From Camelus dromedarius (Eukaryota), in contig NC_087437.1 in assembly GCF_036321535.1 (NCBI RefSeq), forward strand, positions 60,328,001-60,392,000: a DNA stretch of 64,000 nucleotides, in the 5' to 3' direction. A program made the translations under genes and the position numbers. The notes beneath the pieces were generated by a model. That model did no database searches, had not been told where the DNA came from, and worked only from the letters and a program-made list of their open reading frames with translations. This document shows, piece after piece, positions 52,441 to 64,000 of the stretch. Positions within the stretch are counted from its first letter, which is position 1. Every line of letters begins with the position of its first letter.

Positions 52441-53628
52441 ATACACACCTTGTTTTAAGGAATACGCTATGACTGTTAGTCATACAGTATTTAAGTGTTG
52501 GAATAATTTGTTTTGGACACCAGCTTGACTTTTTTTTCTTTTCCTAGTGTGTGAAACAACAAACTGTAATACACACTTTAAAATTTTATATACTTTTCTC
52601 TTCAGGAATCAAAATGGCTTTTTCAGCGTACTTTGGTTTAGAAGATGGCAGAATATCTGTGCCTGAGTAGATTTGACTGTTGTATATTTTAGTTTATTTT
52701 AGTCAATTAACTGACAAAGTTTTTCCCTCCAAAATGGTGGGTTTATATTTCATTGTTTTTCAGGTTTCTAGATGCCTTCTCTCTAACCCTCCAAAATGGA
52801 ATTATGTTCCATGTAAAACATTTGAGATTAGATAAATGTACTTTATATAAAATATTGTAAGTGAGAAAATTCTCACACCAAAAATAAACTCCTACTTTTT
52901 CCATAATGTGAATATCCTTTTAGGATATTATCCTTGTGTGTGTGTATGTGCGCGCGTGTATACACTTCCATTTTGCAAAACAAACTCCCTACGCAAGTAA
53001 AACACAGTATAATTGTTTCTACAACTCAGTGGGAGTTGATTCTTAAAAATCAGTGTGTAAAGTGAAAAATGTCAGATTAAAATTATCCTCGAAATTCCTT
53101 TAGGAATTTAACATTGTCTCTTATTAACTACAATACAATTGTTTTTTTCTTCTAGTAGAAAGAAATTGTTTCTTCAGTTGAGCAACAGGTGAAGTGGTTG
53201 GCTTGTATTTAAGTGACCTCTTGTACAAAAAGCATATAATTCTAGAATCACACTCAGCCCAGTGATACATGGAGAGATGCTGTGAAAATGGAGACTACCT
53301 GAGGGAAGTCTTCTGTCTCACTTTTTATTTGCTGATACTCACTTACTGGATAGACTGATAGGTAGAATTACCCCTTTTTAGGTGGAAGGAGGTGCTATGG
53401 TTGAATTTGCTTAAGTGTATACAGTGTGGCTTCTCTGTGCTTTACCTTTAACTATTTTTATCCCACAAAATTTATCATTATGTGCCTTTACATATCAATA
53501 GATTTTTACCATTTAAATGACTATTTCATTGTATGGATTTGTTCTAGTTTCATTAATAATTTCCTGGAACATTTAGGTATATAATTTTTCTGAATTATAA
53601 ACAACATTGCACTTGTATATGCCTCTTT

Positions 53629-53694
53629 TTTTTTTTTAATTGAAGTATATTCAGTTACAGTGTGTCAGTCTCTGGTGTACAACATAATGTCCCA
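53629..53694 (-). mobile_element. Ultra-short (66 bp) LINE-1 3' end with TSD
   Basis: Poly-T then aattgaagtatattcagttacagtgtgtcagtctctggtgtacaacataatgtccca, homologous to the 3' end of the L1 at 17129; flanked by GCCTCTTT (53621-53628, 53695-53702). Confidence 0.85.
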
Positions 53695-54029
53695 GCCTCT
53701 TTGTTGTTCTACATCTTTTAATATATCCTTTGGGTAAGTTCCTAGAAATGAATTACTTAGTAAAAGGGGATGTGCAATTCAAAAGGCTTGTGATATAATT
53801 TTTAAAATTACCATTAGAATGTTATAGCAATTAATTTTTTAGACATTATGTGCAGGACTGACTAATTCACTATTCCTTAAACACTACAGAGTATTATCTG
53901 TCTTTTTAATATTTTCTGTTCTGATACATGGATGTACCTTTAGTCATTTTGGTGTTTTATTATGTATTTCTTTGAATAAATAACCACATTATTAACTATA
54001 TCACACTTAAGACAAAATACGTTGAGTAA

Positions 54030-54755
54030 ACTCCCATTAGGATGGCTAGTATCAACAAAACAGTAAATAACAAGGGTTAATGAGGATATGGAGAAATTAA
54101 ACCCTGTGCACTGATGGTAGGAATATAAAATGATGCAGTCACAATGGAAAGCAGTATGATGGTTTCTCAAAATATTGAAACTTAAAGTCACCATTTCATC
54201 TAGTAATTCCACTTCTGGGTAATAGCCAAAAGAACTGAAAGTAGGGACTCAAAGAGGTATTTATATACCCGTGTTCATAGCAGCATTATTCACATCATCC
54301 AAAAGGTGAAAACCACCCAAGTGTTCATCAATAGATGAATGGTTACTAAACAAAATGTGGTATATGTAAACAATGTAATATTATTCAGCCTTTAAAAGGA
54401 ATGAAATTCTGGTACATTCTATAACATGGATGGATAAATCTTGAACATGATGGTAAGTGGAATCAGCCAGACACAAAAGGATAAATATTGTATGATTCCA
54501 CTTACATGAACCACCTAGAATAGTCAAATTCATAGAGACAGTAAGAAAAGTTGTTACCAGGGACTAGGGTAAGGACAGAATGGGGAGTTATTGTTTAATG
54601 GGCACAGAAATTCAGTTTGGGATGATGAAAAAGTTCTGGAGTTGGATAGTGGCAATAGTTGGATAACAATGTAAATGTCCTTAATGTCACTGAACTGCAC
54701 GCTTAAAAATGATAAATTTTATGTTATACATATTGTGCCACAATAAAAAAAATAA
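54030..54755 (+). mobile_element. LINE-1 3' fragment (L1MB-like), DLG1 intron
   Basis: cccattaggatggctagtatcaacaaaacag...gtgttcatagcagcattattcaca...acaataaaaaaaa. Confidence 0.9.
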
Positions 54756-55015
54756 GATGAATGAGAGTCTAGGGGAGCTTAAATGAGTAAAGTGCATGGG
54801 ATATAAAATGTGGATATTTGGTTCTCTAGTCCATAGGAGCTCAGAACAGCAAATTAAGAACGACTGTTTGATAAATGAATGTAAGACCTGAAATTGAGAC
54901 ATTTTAATTGATAGTAGCAAGTTGCAAATGAACTTTTGAAAAACTCATGTAGGGAACACTTTCTTCTGTGACCATGCTAGATAGTAAAATGTTACTCTGC
55001 ATTATATTAGTTTAG

Positions 55016-55218
55016 ATCTCTGTTGTTCTGTACTGTGGCCACTAGCTGCATGTGGCTGTTTAAATTAATTAAACCTAAATAAAATTAGAAATTCAGTTTC
55101 TCAGTCACACTAATCACATTTTAAATGCTCAATAGCCATATATAGCTAGTGGCTACATATTGGACAGTACAGCTGTAGAACATTCATCATTACAGAAAGT
55201 GACTTTTGGACAGCATTG
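55016..55218. mobile_element. MER3-like hAT-Charlie element
   Basis: gccactagctgcatgtggctgtttaaatt...ctcagtcacactaatcacattttaaatgctcaatagccatatatagctagtggctacatattggacag, with internal inverted repeats. Confidence 0.8.
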
Positions 55219-57319
55219 GTCTAGAGTTTTTGTTAAGAGATGTTATTAAATGGCAATACATCAGTATTTCTGCTAGTCAGTTACAAAATAAAAAGGTCAC
55301 AGAAATTTAAGGTTTGAAAGTTAACTTACAAAATATGGAAGATACAATAAAAATTTTATGTAGTGATGTGGGCCGTTTATCTTGGGGTTGGTAACCAGTT
55401 GCTCAGCACTCAATTAGTACTCTTGGAGGGCATGATACTGTACTAGGAGCTATTTTTTTGTGTGTTTGTTTTTTTGGTGGGAGGAGGGTAGGAAATCGAT
55501 CTCTCTGTATATAGACAGGTAGGTAAGTAGATAGGTGTACAAATATTTATCTCCTATGTATATAAAATACATCTCTTACATATATATAGAAATATTTGTT
55601 CTACTACATAAATATATACATACTCTCATACATGTATATATCTTATACTAAAATTTTTTCCCCTAATATATTCTGGAAAATGATCTGTGTTTAAATTTCC
55701 CTAATTAATGTCACAATGTCTTTTATAGTTCACCCCCCCTCCCCCAAACACATATACCAGTTAAGGCTCTAACACTGAAGTTAGTTGCTATGTCTTTACT
55801 TCCTTTATTCAGGAAAATCCTTACTTTCAAACAATTTATTTTTCCCTTTCATGACATTGACTTTCTAAAGAAACCAGGTCAGTTGTAGAATGTCTCCCTC
55901 TGGATCTGTTTTGTTGTTTGCTTTTCTGGTGTCCTTTAACTTATTCCTCTGTCCCCTGTATTTCCTCTGAACTAGAAGTTGGTTCCAAAGACTTGATTTA
56001 GGTTTAGGTTAAACAATTTTTGTTTGGTAAAAATGCTTTGTAACTAATACTCTGAATTTTAGTTTCTAATTTTTTGTGATGATTATGTGAACAGTTTTAA
56101 TTAGTGATTTATGGTTTATAAAATGTTTTCACATATAGTTTTCTCCAGTAATATTAACATCCTGTGAAGTAGGTTGGTATTATTCTCACTGTCAGACCTT
56201 AGTTTTTATTAGCCCTTTGCCTAGAAAGTTGTACAATTCCAGTGGTTATCAGTCAAAACTAAAAGGGGAATTACTTTGTCTCTGTAGCATTGTTTTTTAA
56301 AGAACATTGTTTTTTAAAGGAGATACTAATCTTTTCATCATTTTGAGAAACAAAGTTATTCTGTATAAATGTTATTTAGTTACTGTTTATGATTCTATAC
56401 AGGGTAATAACCCACCTTTGCTATTAAATAATAATTTCCCTCCTTTAACAAATTGACTCAAAATTATACCAGGAGGTGAATAAAAAACTAATAGTGATGT
56501 ACTTAAACATTATATAGACTACCACTCAAAGCTTCTGAGTAGCATGAATAACAAGTGTTAATATGCTAAGTTCATATAATTCCAACTGATAGCAAAGTAA
56601 CTTGATCTTCCAAATAATCCTTTGCTGCTATAAGTACCTTTATGGTTTCTTTTAGAGTTTTGTCTTACCTTTAACTGAGTGTTTCTAAAATAACATAAAA
56701 TACTTAAACTATTTCTAAATATTTGAACTAGAGGGTATCTAAAAATACTTCCTAGTTCTTTGATTTTATTTAAACATAATATTCTTTTTTTGTTGTTTTA
56801 CTTTGTTTATAAGGGCAGTTAAAACCACTTGAGGGGTTTACATTCCCAGCCTGGATATTGATGGTACAAATATATAAAATATCAGTAATGACTTACATCT
56901 ACAGAATTCACAATAATAGTATTAACTACTGTCTGTTAGGAGCTGAATGTATGCTGTTGTGTACTTTGTATGTATTACACTGAATTCTTGTAACAATTCA
57001 CAATGATAAGAGGCAAGTTATCAGAGGTTAAGTAATTTGCCTGTGTATGTAGCTAATTGATGAAGGAATAGGGAGTTGAACTCAGTACTGACTTTGAAGT
57101 ATAAAAAGCCTATGACTTTTACACTGTGCCCTGAAAGTTCTGAAATGACTGTGGCATAATAAAATGAGAAAATACTCACTGTTTAAGTACATTTTAAGAT
57201 TGGATTTATTTTACTAAGCTAGAGTAAAAATTTTGCACTTCAGTTATGTTGTTTTAGTAATGTATAGTTTAATTAGAAAATACACTTTTGAATTTTTCTT
57301 TTCCTTTCCTTACCTCCAG

Positions 57320-57486
57320 ATATTCAAGAATTTTATGAAGTGACCTTATTGGATAATCCAAAATGTATAGATCGTTCAAAGCAGTCTGAACCAATACAAC
57401 CTGTGAATACTTGGGAAATTTCCAGCCTTCCAAGTACTACTGTGACTTCAGAAACACTACCAAGCAGCCTTAGCCCTAGTGTAGAG
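57320..57486 (+). CDS. DLG1: DLG1 coding exon (D51-E106: [56 protein letters not shown])
   Basis: Long pyrimidine tract and ctccAG acceptor ending 57319; 167-nt exon; donor GTAAGA at 57487. Exons total 19+132+167=318 nt = 106 codons with no stop, matching the DLG1 N-terminus. Confidence 0.98.
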
Positions 57487-60473
57487 GTAAGATAAAAAAA
57501 TTTTTTTCTTAAGCTGCTTTTCAGTGATCAATTAATTGGGGCTACTAATTTTTTTATTTTATTAAAATGGATATTTTTTGGAAATATCTTTTATAATGGA
57601 ATAAAAAGGGTGAGATTAAAAATATTTTTGAAAGGAAAACCTCAGAATTTCTGGTGTCCTGTATTAAAATGTAAATGTTTAAGGTCTGATTTAGACTATT
57701 AAAAAATACTTTGCATGATAGACCTCAGTGAGGTTCCATCTGTGTGATAATTACATGGAAACTACTTTGAAAAGATGGTTTTGCTCTGGTATTTTTTCTC
57801 AGAAATACAGTTTTTTGGTCCTGGGCAGTTGCTACATTTATCCCAAGAGTTCTCTGTTTATTGGCTTGTAGGATTGCATTGTTAAATCTCACTAGAGCCT
57901 AATCAATAAATCAGATAATAATAAAAGGACAGCATTGGTTCCAGCTTATAGTTAAAGCTGTCTGTTTGAGTTTTCATAACTGGTTAGTAATGTTCTTTCT
58001 TTTGTTGTGATCTACTTTGCTGGTAGAGTTAGATACTACATAACAGAGATACAAAATGGTTTGTAATGAGGAGTCTGTCTGAGGAACATGAGTCATTTGA
58101 AGGTGGTTGTCAGACTGAATTTGATTCCAGTGCCTTCCAGTTACTACTGGAGAAGTGCCTGGAAAATTGAATCAGGGAAAAGTAATGGTAGACAGCAACC
58201 AGGCAGCCCTTTGGTAATGAAGTAGACAGATTCTTAGTTTTCTCTGGTGTTAAGTAACACAGAAGTATGGAATTTTAGAGCAGGAAGAATCAGAGAACAT
58301 CTGATTCCTTTCCTTCATCCTAAAGATAAGGAAACTGAGATCCAGAAGAAAATTAATGACTTGACCCACTTATTCAGCTAATTTAGGCAAGTCTGTCTTT
58401 GGATGTCAGACATCTTAAAACCCACTTCACAGTTCTCTGTTAACCATGGGATGTACTTACATTTCTCTTTGGTTAGAGATTCTAGTGTTACATTGCCTGT
58501 GTAGCCCTATTTTTCTGTTTTATTAGTTTTTCATCATTTTCTCTTAGTTAATATCAGTTTCCATCCCCTTTTGTCATTCGCACTTATATTAGTCCATTTC
58601 AAATAGATTTTTAAAATATTAATCAGTAATACAGTTTCCATTTCACATTTATTGTGGTCCTAGGTTAAAAAATTTGATTATGTAGGAAACATGTTAAATT
58701 TTAAGAGAATTGGCTTTCTTGTTTAGTAACTTAAATTATATTTTCTATTGTCTGATTTATGATACTCAACTATGATTATAAAGCATAGTGTTCTTGAAGT
58801 ATATTTGTCTGTTTTTACATGAGATTGTTCAAATAATGGCTGGCTTAATGTAATCAGTAAAAGTAAATATTTATTAAGCTAAATAAGTGAATAGTTGTGC
58901 AAGTTGGAAGTTGACTTCCTTATAGATTTCAGTCTGAAAGATCAACAGTGCTTTAAATTCCATTAAGAATTGTAATGGAAATATTTCAACTTTTATAAAA
59001 TTATGAAGCACTGGTACCTAGAATGCTTTTTTGCATTTCTAGTTTCTGTATCTCCTGAAAAGTATATTATGGACATGATAAATGTGCTTAAAGTGAATAG
59101 TAGTATCTGACCTTTCAGACTGCAAATATCAGATTTTATTAGTTAGAAATATGGAGGAGAAGGGAGTATGATTACAAAATGTTGCATAAGGCTTGGCACA
59201 TGGAGAATGCTGTAGTAATGTTTGAAATCTGTACCCATTCTTAGATGGACTTATTAGTAAGGGGAATATAGGGATCCCTATGTCTATCAAGTCCTAGATT
59301 TTTATAAAGGGGGAAAAATCTGTGAGCTTAGGTCAATTAAAGGAAAGTACTGGTTTTGCAGAGAGGACAGACTGCCCTGAAGATGTTAGTCTGAAAATGT
59401 GAATAGTTTTGAAACACACTGGTGGATGACAGTTATAAGACTTTAAAAAAAAAAGCCAGAAATATTTGAAGGTTTGATTTCTGGTTTTTTTTTTTTTTGA
59501 GAGGAAGAAGGAAAGTATATTCCCCTGTTCAACTCATTCATTTATCCATCATTTGGACAGAAAACTTGTCTGAGTGACCTTAACTTGATCTCTCATTTCA
59601 GTTTCTACTTTAGACTTTTAGGGGCCCATGTGTTACGACTGAAAAGAGAATTGGATCATTTAATTCACCTCATATGTTTTATAGACTGCACCCACCCAAA
59701 TTAAAACAAGTGCAGAAAAGTTTTTATTAAACTATAACTTAAAAGAAGTGAAAATCATAAAAATATTTTGTCTTGTACAAAATTTAGATTATCATCACAT
59801 TGTGTATTCTTGGATTTAAAAAGTAAGGTAATCTTTTTCTCACAAAATTGCATGCAGCATGATCTTGTCTCTTTTACTTTTTGTTCATTTTTGCAGGACT
59901 ATGTTTAAAGAGGGTTATTTTTGCAAGAAGTATTTGAGATTGATCAATTTCTACCAACACTTGGCTCTTTTATTTTCTTAAAGTAAAAATCTTTGTCCTA
60001 TAAAGCATCTGTCCGCTTTATTTCTTGTCTTTTTTTTTTTAACAGTTGGTAACTGATCTAACTCTTGCCAGATTCTCATTTGTCATTTAATTTGTGGCTT
60101 TGTGACTGTATTTCTTCTATTTCTTCTGATGTAGTAAAATGAAAATTAATACCAATTTATTTTTAAAGTGGAATAATTAGTATTCCATTTTCTTGAAACT
60201 TTTTTTGGTTTTGATACGTCTCTACTTTGAACATATGCCTAGTGAGATGTTTGGAAATGTTTGCTTAATAATGATGACTGTTTTTGGATAATGGAGATTT
60301 TTTAGTACTTTTCTGTTACTTTTTAAAAATAATGAGCATGTGTCATTTTTATTAAAAAATCTATTTTAAAATAAGGGCAATTACTTTTAAAGATTGTAAG
60401 GAAGAATATTTGAAAGGAAGCAAAATGCAGGAGTAGGAGAAATTGCCTGTTTTAATGAGAAATTCCAACATCC

Positions 60474-60825
60474 TGTCTTAGTTCTCTTGGGCTGCTATAA
60501 CAGAATACCATAGCCTAGATGGCTTATAAACAAGACAGGTTTATTCCTCACAGTTCTGGATGCTGGAAGTCCAAGATCAAATCACTAGTGAGGTCTCACT
60601 TCCCAGTTCATAGATTGTCATTTTCCTCCTGTGTCCTCAACATTGAGGAAGATGTGAGGGAGCTCTCTGGGGTCTCTTTTCTAAGGGCACTAATCCCATT
60701 TATGAAGCTTCTACTCTCATGACCTAATCAATTCCCAGAGGCCCCATTTCCTAATGCCATCACACTGGGGATTAAAATTTCAACCTATGAATTTGGAGGG
60801 GGACACAAACATTTAGTCTATGACA
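60474..60825 (-). mobile_element. MaLR solo LTR (MLT1A-like)
   Basis: TGtcttagtt...gggctgctataacagaataccatag...tcacagttctggatgctggaagtccaagatcaa...ggggacacaaacatttagtctatgaCA. Confidence 0.9.
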
Positions 60826-60829
60826 ATAC

Positions 60830-61850
60830 TATTCCTGATGATACAGTACATTTCAAATGGATCAAAGATTCAAAGGTTAAAAAATAATGAAACCATAAAA
60901 ATAAGCTTTTAATGGTTTTGTATATGGAAAGCTTTTCTAAACACAGCAACAAAGAAGACTGAAAAATTCGAAGAAAAGTTTAAGAATGCTGACTTTGTGA
61001 CATTCTTTGTGGATTGCATAAAGTTTGAACTTTGATTATAGAATTTCTGTATCTTGAAAGATACTGTGAACAAATAAATGATACACCAGGAAAAAGTTTT
61101 GCCACATTTATGAAAAGGAATTAATTTCCAACCCTTTCAACTCAAGAAACCTGCTACAGATCAATAAAAACTAAAAGGCCATTTTCAATAGGAAAATAAC
61201 CAAAGGACATGAACAAGGAGTTTGGAGAAAAAGAAATACAAATGGGCCAGTAAGTCTATGAGAGATGTTCAACCTCACTTAAAAAATTCAAGTTAGGGGG
61301 AGAGGGTATAGTTCAGTGTGGAATGCATGATTAGCATGCACGAGGTCCTGAGTTCCATCCCCAGTACTGCCACTTAAAAAATAATTAAATAAATAAACCT
61401 AATTACCTCCCCCCAACAAAAAAAATTTTTTAATGCAAATTAAATTGACAGTTTTCAACTTACTTGATTGTCAAAAATTAATTAAATGTGAGGAAACAAA
61501 TTCTTGTGCTGTTGTTGGGAGCATACAGTGGTGCAACAGTTTTGAAAGACAGCTTGACAGTATATATTCATCTTTTGATCCAGCGTCTGTCACAGATGTA
61601 CTCACACAAATTATTAATACATATTTAAAAATAAGTATGCATGCTTATTGACATATTATTTGTAATGTTAATAAAAAACAACGGGAAAACAATCTAAATG
61701 ATTGTTAGTTTCGTACGGCCATACAGCCACTTAATGGAATATAAAATGGCAGGCATAAAAATACAGTCTCTATAACTAGTGTATGTTATTAAGTGCTTGA
61801 AGCAAGTTGCACATCAGGAGGTAGAGTATGACTCTATGAAAAGAAAAAAA
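60830..61850 (+). mobile_element. Old LINE-1 fragments (interrupted by the SINE at 61296)
   Basis: tttcaaatggatcaaagatt, caaaggacatgaacaaggagttt...aaagaaatacaaatgg...gagatgttcaacctcact. Confidence 0.7.
61296..61425 (+). mobile_element. tRNA-Ala-derived camelid SINE (Vic-1-like), inserted in an L1 fragment
   Basis: GGGGAGAGGGTATAGTTCAGTG...TTAGCATGCACGAGGTCCTGAGTTCCATCCCCAGTAC...AAATAAATAAACCTAATTACCTCCCCCC followed by poly-A. Confidence 0.85.
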
Positions 61851-62750
61851 AATACGAGTTTAGGTAGGTTAAGAAGAATACACACTTAGTCCACTTTCAG
61901 TAATGTGCTCTTGTTTTCAAATGTCTCTGCTATCTCAAGTTCCCTTGTATCAGCCCTTCTGAGTTCATCTTTGTGGAAGGGAAATTATCTGACTCTGGTA
62001 TAGGGAAGACATCTCTTTTCCTTTTCTCTTTGACTTTGTTGTGATTTAATTTTTTAAAACAATCCATCTGCTTTAATTTAAGTAGAGTTACAAGAGAGTA
62101 GAGTTAAAGCATGTATTCAGTCTACCAGGTTTAATCTGAAGTCTTGTCAACACTGACTTTTAAAAATTTATTGCCATACTGTATAATTCTCATACATAAA
62201 GGTCCACAAATTTTAAATGTATAGCTTGATGAATTACTGCATTGTGAATACATCAGGTCAGGGAGAAAAAAATGGAAGGACTGCTAATGGGTTCTGGAAT
62301 TCGATAGTAATGATGGTTGCACAACTCTGTGAATATACTGAAAACAACTGAATTGTTGTATACTTTAAAGTTTGGTGAATTTTATGTTATGTCCATTATA
62401 TCTCAATTAAAACAAAGAAATAAACCAATACCCCCAAAATCTCCCATGTACCTTTCCTATTCACTGACTACTCCCTTTTCCTCGAAAGACCATCCTGATT
62501 TCTAACACTATCCTTTAGTTTTGCCTCTTTTAAAACTATATATTAAAAGATCCATACAGTATGTACTCTAGCTTCTTACGCCTAGCTTTTTTCTTACATT
62601 TATGAATTTCATCCATGATTTGAAGTTTTTTTCAATATTACTGTTGTATAATCCATTATATGATATACCACCACTATATTTATCCATTCTGTTGATGGAT
62701 ATTTGGTTTGTTTCCAGTTTTGGGTTAGTGCTGCTTTCAACATTCTTTTA

Positions 62751-63332
62751 CAGTTATTTCTGCCATAGCATAATGTGTAAATTCTTAAAAATCATGATAC
62801 TATGCAGAGTTGTGCAATAAAAACCACAGAGCTTATGTCTTGAGAAAATGGGGCACTCAAAACTTAGAAGTTGGTTAATGCCACGTGTAAAAAAGGTAAG
62901 AACCTAATAAAAATGGCAGCACAGTTCCACACATGCTAAATGGCTAGGAAATACATAATATTACAATAAATATGGCATTTTACCTTGAAAAAAATCTTGT
63001 TTGCTATGGGAATGTGTCAGGGTTGCAACTTGTGAGTTATTGTTAAGCACTGGCAGGGAGAGTTATCTGAAATCGGACAAAAGGTTCTTACACCAATTGT
63101 GGATGAATGTGACTCGTAACACTCAAACTAAAGCCTGAAATATCTACCTTTTATATTTTCCTGTGTGGCTCATTTCATCTGGGTTCAATTTTCTGCCATT
63201 ACCTAGTGTTTCTCATGGACAGGATTAAGCATAAGCAAACATGAAATCTGTGCTTTCTTTATATTATTCCCTAATATATCAGTCGCACTGGAACAAATTT
63301 GCATTTTTAGAACAGTATAGCAGAAATGAGTG
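62751..63332. mobile_element. TcMar-Tigger element (Tigger6-like) inserted in a minus-strand L1
   Basis: Terminal inverted repeats CAGTTATTTCTGCCATA ... TATAGCAGAAATGAGTG; preceded by TA (62749-62750) and followed by TG. Flanking L1 sequence joins across it. Confidence 0.75.
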
Positions 63333-63844
63333 TGCATGTTTTTTTGATGCACCTGTGTGCATTTCTTTTGTGTAGATGCTCAGTTGTGAAAATGATATGT
63401 TTAGTTTTAGAACCTAATGGAAACTTTTGTGGAGAGATTATGCCTGTTTTTATAATTACCACCAGTATGTGCAAGTTTCAGTTGTTTTCACATAATTGTC
63501 AATACTTGTCAGTCTTTTTGTTAGTAACAGCCATTCCGGATGGTAGATACGTACTGGTACTTCATATTGTATTTGCACTTTCCCTATCATTAACAAGATT
63601 AACAGTTAACAAACACCTTTTTATATGTTTATTGTTCATTTTGCTATCTTTTGTGAAGTGTCTAAGTTTTTTATATATTTGTTGAGTTATGTCTTCCATC
63701 TTACTGATTCGTACGTCTCTATCTGGATATGATTCCTTTGTCAGATGTATGTGCAATATATATTTTCTCCCACTCTGAAGCATGCTTTTCTTAGTGAAAT
63801 CATTTAATGACCAGATTTCTGAAATTTAATATAGTCGAATTTTG

Positions 63845-63970
63845 AAAAAAAAAATTGGGGGAGGGGTAATTACGTTTATTTATTTATTTTAATGGAGGTA
63901 CTGGGGATTGAACACAGGAACTTGTGCATGCTCAGCATGCAATCTACCACTGAGCTGTACCCTTGCCCCC
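63845..63970 (-). mobile_element. tRNA-Ala-derived camelid SINE (Vic-1-like)
   Basis: Same family as the two copies above; degenerate target-site duplication AATATAGTCGAATTT (63828-63842) / AATATTGTTCAGTTT (63971-63985). Confidence 0.85.
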
Positions 63971-64000
63971 AATATTGTTCAGTTTATGATTAGTTCTTTT

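Noticed and set aside
52590..53200. Acceptor-like sites in the DLG1 intron (near 52605 and 53154)
   Set aside because: No convincing paired donor or frame-compatible ORF; T-rich intron yields such sites by chance.
61296..61372. tRNA-Ala-like sequence (also 360-432 and 63891-63970)
   Set aside because: Mutated stems, AT-rich tails and multiple diverged copies identify these as SINEs, not tRNA genes.
1..64000. CRISPR arrays, operons or other prokaryotic-type systems
   Set aside because: The sequence is mammalian intron/intergenic DNA; there is no repeat-spacer array and no long ORF.

Overview
Mammalian genomic DNA, very probably a camelid (camel/alpaca/llama), judged from three copies of a tRNA-Ala-derived SINE matching my recollection of the camelid Vic-1 family. 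The window holds the 5' end of DLG1 (SAP97) on the + strand. There is a CpG-island promoter at about 43.6-45.4 kb with several candidate non-coding first exons. Three coding exons (45640-45658, 46333-46464, 57320-57486) splice in frame to the first 106 aa of the L27-domain (beta) isoform, [65 protein letters not shown]...SPSVE. The gene continues past the right edge. The first ~43 kb is intergenic and full of transposable-element fossils (L1, L2, CR1/L3, MIR, MaLR/ERVL/ERV1 LTRs, hAT and Tigger DNA transposons). None of the ORFs in the supplied track corresponds to a recognisable protein. I found no convincing new biological system. The best second-look items are the DLG1 5'-UTR/antisense architecture, a splice-signal cluster at 14.8-15.2 kb that could encode a spliced micro-protein or lncRNA, a three-layer nested transposon, and a locally copied 44-bp L1 segment. 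Repeat family names and comparisons with human or rodent sequences come from memory, not from a search.
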